From Chrysochromulina tobinii (lineage: Eukaryota): DNA of 46,254 bases. This document shows, piece by piece, positions 33,329 through 42,200 of this stretch. Below the pieces are notes generated by a model that did not search any database, was not told the DNA's origin, and saw nothing but the letters and a program-made list of their open reading frames with translations. A program made the translations under genes and the position numbers. Location of the stretch: NCBI GenBank assembly GCA_001275005.1, contig JWZX01003119.1, forward strand, positions 1 to 46,254, written 5' to 3'. Every line of letters starts with the position of its first letter. The first letter of the stretch is position 1.

Positions 33329-34606
33329 ATGAGCTCGTCAACACGCCCTGCTTCCGCTTCGCTGCCGCTGCTGTTGAGTCTGACGCTGCCGATGCTCCGT
33401 GGCGCCGCTGCGGCATTCCAGTGCCAGCAGCCTGCCACTACCACCACCGTTGCCCGCCACCTCCACCATCACCAGCAGCAGCAACGCCGGCGCTCTGCGC
33501 CGGTCATGCGCACGGGCTCCGTGTTCGAGCGCCTCGGCCGCGAGGTCTCCACTGAGCTCATGAAGACGCTGTCACATGAGGAGAGGCCGAAGATCGACTG
33601 GTCCTTTCTCGATGCTGTGTTTCTGATCACGTGCCCCAAGCCCGACGGCAGCAATCCGCGGCTGGAGACGGCGCTCAAAAGCCTCAACGAGCTGGGGCTG
33701 GGTGAGCTCTGCGAGGTGCGCAAGTTTGCCACCGACGACCAGGACCGCGTGCGAGGCTGCTACAACTCTCACATCGCGGTGCTCGCCGAGGCGCAGGCGC
33801 GCTTCGCCGACCGCCCGACGTCGGAGCCGCTCAACGTGCTCGTGCTCGAGGACAACCTGTCCGTCTCGCCGCGCATCGCGCAGCCCACGCTCGACGCCAT
33901 CCGCGAGTTCCTGGGCGGCGGCCATCGCGTACTCTGCCCGGGCGGCCGCTCCCCCGACATGGTGCACCTCGCGTACATCATGTATGTGCCCGGTCTGTCG
34001 GTGGAGAGCCTCGGCAAGGATGGCGAGGGCGAGAGCTGGCGCAACTCGATCCTGCGGCTGCGCTGCAACGCCGACAGCGTTCTCGGCACCACCGCGTACG
34101 TCATCTCGCGCTCGGGCCTCGATAGCGTGATGGCGGAGCACCGGCGGACCGGCTACGTCGATGCGATCCCGAATGTGATGGCGCGCCTTTTCCCCACCAG
34201 CCGTTACGCTGCGTTCCCGATGCCGCTGCACCGCGCCGCCACCGTCAAGTCGCTCGTCAACGGCCAGCTCGACACGCTCCGATCAGCCCTGTTCCAGCCA
34301 CAGGTCTACACGTGGTGGGAGCGTCTCCTAGTCAAAACGGGCCTCTCCACCAATATCCTCTTCCCCGCGCTGTGCGCCACGCTCGTCGTCGGCGCGTTTG
34401 CGGGCGGCAGCGAGGCGCTCTCGGCGCTGCAGGCGGCCGCGCGCGGCGAGGACGTCGCCCTCGTGCTACCGGTACTCTCAGCCGCAATCTCATTCAGCTG
34501 CCTTGCCGTCATCGGCTACGGCCTCATGCTGGCCCCGAGTCCGCAGCCAGCGATGCCCGCGGCGCCCGAGCCTCGGCCGGAGCTGGAGACGAGCGGCAGG
34601 TCGTGA
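33329..34606 (+). CDS. Glycosyltransferase family 25-like protein with a presequence and C-terminal TM helices
   Basis: GCYNSH..VL, VLVLEDN and TTAYVISRSG resemble GT25 motifs. N-terminal hydrophobic signal ending AAAF; two C-terminal hydrophobic helices. Confidence 0.65.
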   Translation: MSSSTRPASASLPLLLSLTLPMLRGAAAAFQCQQPATTTTVARHLHHHQQQQRRRSAPVMRTGSVFERLGREVSTELMKTLSHEERPKIDWSFLDAVFLITCPKPDGSNPRLETALKSLNELGLGELCEVRKFATDDQDRVRGCYNSHIAVLAEAQARFADRPTSEPLNVLVLEDNLSVSPRIAQPTLDAIREFLGGGHRVLCPGGRSPDMVHLAYIMYVPGLSVESLGKDGEGESWRNSILRLRCNADSVLGTTAYVISRSGLDSVMAEHRRTGYVDAIPNVMARLFPTSRYAAFPMPLHRAATVKSLVNGQLDTLRSALFQPQVYTWWERLLVKTGLSTNILFPALCATLVVGAFAGGSEALSALQAAARGEDVALVLPVLSAAISFSCLAVIGYGLMLAPSPQPAMPAAPEPRPELETSGRS

Positions 34607-35215
34607 TGAGGGGACCTCGATCTAGCTGCAGCCACCTGGCGTGCAGGCGGCACACGCAGGCGTGTAGGCGTGCCTCCAGGCACACGCTGCGGACGTCGGC
34701 CCAGGGCGAGGCATTTGGCACCTCGATGTGGACTGGATGTCCGTATGGATGTCTCGCGCGCATGCCCTACGATGTGCTGTGTTCCCTGTGTGGTGTGCGC
34801 GACTCCCTCTCCGTGGCAGCTGCCCGGGCGGACGAGATGTGCCGGGTAATCGAATAGCTACTGATTCGTAACTGATTCGCAGTTCGCACAATTTCTGAGT
34901 TCGCAGCTTCGCACTATCCCGCTAATTTGAAACAGACAATTTCGCAATGCGCGACAACCCAATGCGACAACCCAATGCGACAACCGTTGTATGAATGGGG
35001 TTGAAAGTGGGCGATCCGCGCCCACCGCGGGCAAATTTCCCCGCTGACTGTACCTCCGCGCCCTAATGTGATATGAGGGGTGAGGGAGTACGTGCGCGGC
35101 AGACCCATTCACACTCGCTCTGAACCTGTGAAACTCAAACCGGCGTCGCGATTCGCAAACGCATGTCACATTCAGCACAGCCTTCTGCGCCGCTGCGGCG
35201 CCTCGACCCTGAGAA

Positions 35216-35950
35216 ATGGAGTTCGGAGACGATGAGGACGCCTTGCCACGCGTGGATCAGACTCCGAACATGGGAGACGAATTCGACGCGCCCCTGACGA
35301 TGCCTGGGATCGGCATCGAGGAGCCTCCGCTGGCAGACACATACGTGTCCGGCACCTACGATGGATTGGCGGATGACGCTGATGCCGATCCGCTCGCTGC
35401 CGGCGGCGACTTCGATGATTTCACGCCGCCTGCGGCTGACGCCAAAGGCTACGGCCACGATGTGCCGTACGACTTCCCGGGCGAGCCTGAGTCGCCCATG
35501 CTCAACCGCTCATCCGCCTCGGTGGGCCTGGGCGCGTCGAGCGGGGTCGTCGACGAGGAGATTGACATTGATACGCACGGGCTGATCGACGAGACGATGC
35601 AGCGCCTCTCGTTCGTGCACGGCGTGTTCGGCGTGCTCATCGTCGACAAGGACGGACTGATCGTGCGCGCGACGATGCCGCTCGAGGAGGCGGCCAAGCT
35701 TGCCGGCCCGACGCTCTCGCTGCTGCAGCGCGCCAAGAGCTGCGCCGCGGTGCACGAGGGTGACGAGCTGCAGATGCTCTGCGTGCGCACGCGCAAGTAT
35801 GAGCTGCTCATGTGCTTGGAGGCAAATGGCGCCTTTGCCATCTGCGTGTTCCAGGACCCGTCGCCCGAGACGGTGACGGATGCGACCGACGCGCCGGTGA
35901 CAAGCGCCGCGCGCTCCGTGCTGCGAGCGGCGGCTGGCACCGTCTTGTGA
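35216..35950 (+). CDS. Roadblock/LC7-domain protein (dynein light chain roadblock-like) with an acidic N-terminal extension
   Basis: IDETMQRLS..HGVFGVLIVDKDGLIVRATM...DELQMLCVRTRKYELL...VFQDP matches the Roadblock/LC7 pattern. Confidence 0.85.
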   Translation: MEFGDDEDALPRVDQTPNMGDEFDAPLTMPGIGIEEPPLADTYVSGTYDGLADDADADPLAAGGDFDDFTPPAADAKGYGHDVPYDFPGEPESPMLNRSSASVGLGASSGVVDEEIDIDTHGLIDETMQRLSFVHGVFGVLIVDKDGLIVRATMPLEEAAKLAGPTLSLLQRAKSCAAVHEGDELQMLCVRTRKYELLMCLEANGAFAICVFQDPSPETVTDATDAPVTSAARSVLRAAAGTVL

Positions 35951-36305
35951 GCGCGTCCGCGAAAATCGTTGCTTTTTATCTGGAAAAGTCTGTTTGCGAC
36001 CCTGTCTCTTAAAACACGCCCGGGCGACCGCGCGCCGCCGGCGGGGCCCCGCGCGCCGCGGAGCGCTTGCAAGACCGCAGTGCGCAGCTCCGAGTGCGCA
36101 GGCCGCAGTTCCTCTGCTGAGCGTGGAGGCTGCGACTCTGCTCACGGACTCTGCGCGGCGGACGACATCTCGCAAATCGGGCCAAAGGTCGTGCTGCTCA
36201 TGTCGTGTTCGGCTTGCGCAGCAGCTCCAGCACCAGAGCTACGCGGCCGTGTAAGAATAGCCCCGCGGCCTTCGGTGGCCTCGAGTGGTTCCCCTGAGAG
36301 CTTCG

Positions 36306-39108
36306 TCACTGGAGGCGCGCGGCGGGCGCGAGCAGCCGGATGGCATGGAGCAGAATCTGCGCCATCAGGTAGCGCCCCGCGTTGAGGTAGTGGAATGCCG
36401 AATTCTTGGCAAACTTGATCGCATGCGGCGTCTGCTGGAAGACAGCATCGTAGGTGGCAGGGTAGTTGTCGACGTACACCATACCCGCCTCCTCGACGAG
36501 AGGGCGCATATGGCGCGAAAAGGCCGCCTGCTGCCGGAAGGTGTTGACCGGGTCGAAGTTGAACGCGGGCGAGCGGAAGATGGTGAGCGTGCGTCGGCCG
36601 AGGCATGCATCTGAAGTGCGCAGAGCCGCACGCATGCCGCCGAGCGTGCTCCTCCATGCGGACGCGCCGTGGAAGGCTCCAAACTGCGGTCCAAAGATGA
36701 TGGCGTCGGCGCCGTAGCCGACGGACTGTGGGGAAGGGGGGGGGCGCGCCGTGGTGAGCACTTGCATGCAGGGCTGCTGGGTCCACATTGAGGCCGCCCA
36801 CCTGTGGGCCCCACGTGCGGAAGGTCTCGTCGAGCAGTTCGGATGTCTGCCCATCGTACAAGTAGAGCATCGACATGGATGGGTGGCCTGTGGGGATCCA
36901 ACTTTTGGCGGACTCGAGCGCATCGGCCCATGTGCGTCCAACGCAAAGCATCGCCGTCGCGCGGCACGTCCATGCCTGGTCAACGGGCTCGCGGCACGGA
37001 CGATGGCCCTGGCAGCGCCCCCGGAAGGCCCAGCAGTCGTCGTAAAACGGCGTGAGCTTCGGCCGGCTGATGCCGTACCCGAGCAATTTGCTCTTCTCAC
37101 CCAGGGCTGCTTGGAACGCACGCGCCGCCTCGACCCAAATCGCCGAGCCAGGCGCAAACGGCTTGCACACGTGTCTGCCGCGGCACTCGGGGTGGCGAGC
37201 GCAGGAGGCGATCTTGCCGGTGCACTCACACGCCTTGTCCTCGCAGAAGCCGTTGAAGGACTCGCGCTCGCCGTGATAAGTGGGGAAGTAGAGCCAGGCG
37301 TTGGGCTCCGTCGACGAAAACACCTGCCGGCGGCGCCTGCGTAGGCCGCCGGCAAGGGCGCTAAGGGCGCTACCCACGCTGCCCGCGCCCGCGTCCCCGT
37401 AGCGATCCGCAGGCTCCTCTTCATAGTGGACGGAGACGTTGGCCATCCAATGGCGCGGCTCTCCGAGCTTCTGCTTCCACTCGGGCGTCGAGAAGAAGGC
37501 CTCGAGCTCACGTAAGACGCGCGCGCGCACGCGGGTCGCCAGGCCGCTACCGAGCCCCTCAGCCGCCGTTGCGCCAGCGCCTCCACCGCCTCCACCGCCT
37601 CCGCCGCCTCCACCGCCGCGCCGGCGGCGCCGCCTTTCGGTCGTTCCTGGAGCCGTGCTGGCGAGCAGCGCAGCGCCGCCCGCGATGCCTTCGGCGCCCG
37701 GAGGCACGTACAGGACGCCGTCGGGGTGGGAGCCCGCCCAGGAGAGCGTGCGCAGCCCGCACTGCATTGCCGTCTTGCCTGCGTGCTGCATCTGCATCGC
37801 GGCCAGCTCCTCCGCCGGCACGAGCAGCCGGAAGGAGACTAAGGGGCGCCACTCCCGCCCGGCCCATTTTGTACTACGCCAGTTGCCTAATATGGGCTCG
37901 GAGCCGCCGCCGCCGCCGGGATCGCGCCACTGATGCAGCCGGCCCGGGTTGAAGACCGAGTGCGAGTCCTTGAGCCCACAGATCGGCTCGGTGTGCGGCA
38001 TCGAGAAGCGGTGCTCGCCGGTGGTCAGGTCAACTGTGAAGAGCTGCGACGCGTGGTAGCCGCGGGTCATGTTGTCTTGGTCCCAGATCCACGAGCGCGC
38101 GAGCGCGTTCGCGTCCTTGAAGGTGGGCACCTCGACGTCCGTGAAATTGTTCAGCTGCCGGTGCGCCGCTGGCCCAGCGAGCAGATCGAGCAGGGTGTAC
38201 ATCTGGCGACGTACCACCGAGTTACCGAAGAAGACCAGATTCTTGCTGCCGAGGAGGCAACGGGTCTCTGCGGTGCCGACCCAGCGCCGACCGCACTCGC
38301 TCGCCGACGGGGAGGCGGATGACGAGCCATTGTAGGCCCCGATCCCGGCACCACCGCCCAGCGTGGGCAAGGCACGTGCGCCGTCGAGCTTCGCCGCTGG
38401 ACCTTCGAGCCCCGGCGCAGCGCCGTCGATCGTCGCTGGTGGTGCGTCGACGAGACCCTCCGCGGTCCAGCGCGCGTCACCCGCCCGGCCGAGGCACGTG
38501 CGCGTGCGGAGCGAGAGCTGCGACATGTCCACCTGCCGGAAGGGCGCGCACACCGCGCCCGCTGGCAGCGGCGCCACCGGCAGCTGGAGGTGGCGGCGCA
38601 TCTGAAGGCCGATATCTGAATTGTCGATCATGCTCGACTCCTTCTGGAGGCAGTCGGCCTGCCGGTCGAGCTCCTCCTTGCTCGCGAGGGACGCCTCCTT
38701 AGGCTTCGGGCAGCCGCCCTGGAACTGCTGCAGCTTCGCATTGTCCTCAGCGATCACTGCGAGCTTGTGGTCGCGGTACATCTTGGCGCGCACCTTCTTG
38801 TAGAGCGTCTGCAGCCGGGCGAGCGCGTCCTCGCCCGCACGCGTCGCCGTGAGGATGGCCGCCTCGTGGTTCCGCAGCTCAGGAAGCGTGAGGGACGCGT
38901 CGATAGCCTCCTCGCTCGGCACTTGCGCAGGGATGCTGCCACCTGCCGCGCCGGCCAAGCTGGCCGCTGCGCCGGCAAAGACGGCGCTCCCGGCCATGCC
39001 ACCCGATGATGTCCACTCGGCGTGGCTCGCGCGGCCGCCGCGACCGCGGCCACGGCCGCGGCCACGCCAACCGCGCCCTTTTTTGATGTAGTCGATTGAG
39101 TTCGGCAT
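36306..39108 (-). CDS. Hypothetical protein with SGNH/PC-esterase-like motifs; exons 39108-36802 and 36725-36306
   Basis: CLLGSKNLVFFGNSVVRRQMYTL resembles the GDS..R block. The C-terminal exon has TIFRS, VYVDNY and SAFHY...LMAQILL. The 76-nt GT-AG intron 36726-36801 joins the two long ORFs in frame. Confidence 0.65.
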
Positions 39109-39264
39109 GGGTTCAATCCGCGTGTGAACCCGTTTTTCCTCACGAAATTTTTCACACCGTTCGCACTCCAAACACAAAAACACTCACGCATGGTATGGTT
39201 TCCGTCCGGGTGTGGACGTGCGGTCGCACCTGCCATCGCGCCGGGACCCGGGATAAAAGATCAT

Positions 39265-42200
39265 TTACGAGCTGCTCATTCCGCCGTCCGCGACGCCGCT
39301 GCCGCTCCCGCCATCCTTGCCGCCGCCGCCGCCGCCCTTCTTATGGCGCTTCTTCGGCTTTCCGCCCTTGCCCTTCCCTTCCGGGATCGGCGAGACCTCA
39401 CTGGCGGGGCTGCTTTCGTGCCCGCCGATTCCCCCGAAGGTGCGCGGCGCGTCGCTCCGGGCACTCGGTGAGGCGGCCAGGAAGCTCTGGTCGGCCGCGT
39501 TGGGCTCGATGTCGGCGAAGAAGGAGTCAATGAGCGCGTTGAAGACCGTGTGTGGCCCCTCGGGCCACGCGAGCATCGAGAACCCCATCTCCGTGAGCTC
39601 CAGAGTGTGCACCTGATGAAGGGGACACTCCGTGTCGATCAGATGCAATCAGATGCAATCTGACGCAATCAGACGCAATCGGACGCAATCAGACGCAATC
39701 AGATGGCCCTGACCTGATGAAGGGTACACTCCGTGTCGACAAGATGCACTCAGACCCAATCAGACGCAATCAGACACAATCACCTACTTGTCGATCAGGT
39801 GCAATCAGACCCAATCAGATGGCAATCAGATGGCCCTCACCTCAGCCTTGCCCGGCCCGGCGCGCGTGATGAGAAGGTCGCATCGAAACGCGACCGTTGG
39901 CTCGGCGCTGCGGCAGCGTAGCCACGTGAGCCAGTGGCGCACGAGCCGGCTCGCCTTTCGCTCCGCATCCTCCATAGCGACGCTATCGTTCGCGAACCAG
40001 GTCGAGATTGCGGCAGATCGCTCGAGCTTTACAAAGTCGCGTAGGTAGCCGTCCGGATCCACCCGCTCGCAGGTGGAATAGATCAGGTGTTCGATGCGCC
40101 CGTTGACCACGAAGCAGCGTAGCTCAAAGTGGTTCTTGCAAAAGTCCTGCACGAGGATTGCGGTGGACTCCACACCCTGGGTGGTGACCAGTCCTTGCAT
40201 AGCCTCGGCGAGCTGTGCTTCCCCCCGGAAGATGCGTACCTAATTAGGGAGGCACTCGCAGGTGCTCAGAGGCCATCAGAGTCCATCAGAGGCCACCAGA
40301 GGCCATCAGAGTCCATCAGAGGCCATCAGAGGCCATCAGAGGCCATCAGAGGCCATCAGAGGCCATCAGAGGCCATCAGAGGCCATCAGAGGCCATCAGA
40401 GGCACTCAGAGGCACTCAGAGGCACTCAGAGGCACTCAGAGGCACTCAGAGGCACTCAGAGGCACTCAGAGGCACTCAGAGGCACTCAGATGGCACTCAA
40501 TGACACTCAGAGGCAATCAACGGCGCTAGAGGCACTCAATAGCAATCACCTCGCCCTCGCGGATCAAGATGAAGGAGACGCCCGGGTCGCCCTCCCGAAA
40601 GAGGAGATCACCCTCGCTGAAGTCGACCGACTGGAAGGCGTTGAGCACCGTCTCACGCTCGGATGAGGAAAGGTACCTGTGGGGGGACACAGCGCCGTCC
40701 TGAGCACTTGCATGCTGGGCCGTTGCACGCTCGGATGAGCGGAGGAGTCCCGAATGAGGGGCGCCGTCCTGAGCGCGCCCTTCATGGAACTTGTAATCGA
40801 GCCATCAGGCCAATCAAGGGCAATTACCGAAAGAGGGGCGCCGTCCTGAGCGTGTCCTTCATGATCTTGTAGTCGAGCTGCAGCTGCAGAGGGCCGAGGA
40901 GCTTGACGAACTCTTCGCGCTCGAGCAGGATGGCCGTGACGCGGCCCAGAGCGATGCAGTCGGCGGCGCGGGGTTCGTCACGGAGCAGCGCGCGCTCCCC
41001 TGATGATGGAGGCAATCAATCATCAGGCGCACACAGCACACAGGCGCCATCAGACGCCAACAGACGCCATCAGTCACGCAGGGTTCGTCACGGAGCCGTT
41101 CGCGCGCGCTCACCAAAGTACTCCGATGGCAATCAGACGCAATCAGACGCAATCAGACCCTCACCAAAGTACTCCGACGGACCATAGGTCTTGACATGCT
41201 TCTGGTTGACGAAACACTGGACCTCGCCCTCCTTGACAATGAAGAAGCTGTGCCCCGGCTCGTTCTGACGGATGATCACCTGGGATCCGGAGGAGGGCCG
41301 TCGAGTTTCGTTACAGCAGCCGTCGAGTTTCGTTACAGTCACAATCACAGGGCCATGCGAGGCTGTGCAGGGCTTTCGAGTTTCGTTACAGCGGCAATCA
41401 CAGGGCCATGCGAGGCTGTGCAGGGCTTTCGAGTTTCGTTACAGTCACAATCACAGGGCCATGCGAGGCTGTGACTATCACAGTGCCATCAGTGCCATCA
41501 GTGCCATCAGTGCCAATGGCAACATAACTCAAATTTGCTCAGAGGCCATCAAGGGCACTCACCTCGCCCGGCTGGTACTCGCGGTGGGTGCACTCCTCCA
41601 AAATCGCCTCCCGTTCATGCTCGCTCAGATGGGACAGGAGCGGTACGTTGCTCAGCACCTGTGTGGGGAAGTGGGCGCGCCGTGGTGAGCGCTCGCATGC
41701 GGGGGGCACAGGAGCGGCACGTTGCGCTCGCGCCGTGGTGAGCACCTCGCGCGTAAAGGACATCTCCACCAACTCGGTCAGCGGGCCGGTGATCTCAATT
41801 AACGTCTTGCGCTCAATCTTGGCGAGCACAACGGGCGTCGTCGCGAGCACGTCGTACGCGCGGGGTTCGTCACTTAAGAGCGAGCGCATGCCGAAGTAGT
41901 CGCAGCGCTGCAAGGTGCCCATCACAACGCCGTCGGGGAGGACCTGCCAAATATGGGAACAAACATATGGTTCATCAGCTCAGCTCGGCGCCCGTTCAGC
42001 TCGCCGTGGATTCATCAGCGTAGCTGCCTAATATGGGATCAAACATATGGTTTCGTCAGCGTACCTGGTTGATGGAGCCCTTGAGGATAATGTAGAGGGC
42101 AGCTCCGATCTCGCCGTGCGAGACCACCTGTGGGGGAAGGGCGCCGTGGTGAGCACTTGCATGCAGGGTACTGTTGAGGGCAGATCCGATCTCGCCGTGC

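Noticed and set aside
34858..34986. Short intergenic repeats (CTGATTCG, GCGACAACCCAAT)
   Set aside because: Only 2-3 copies each; too little evidence for a function.
36142..36801. C-terminal part of the 1013-aa ORF 36142-39183
   Set aside because: Read-through of a 76-nt intron into the wrong frame; the spliced frame ending at 36306 is more protein-like.
40262..40512. Regular repeat array resembling a CRISPR or telomeric tract
   Set aside because: There are no unique spacers; it is a pure 10-bp tandem satellite inside a GT-AG intron of a eukaryotic gene, and it is not a TTAGGG-type unit.
40129..40666. ORFs with SEAIRGHQRP / [12 protein letters not shown] repeats (also 21427-22110, 22461-23047, 42694-43083)
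   Set aside because: These are translations of intronic 10-bp satellites on the non-coding strand.
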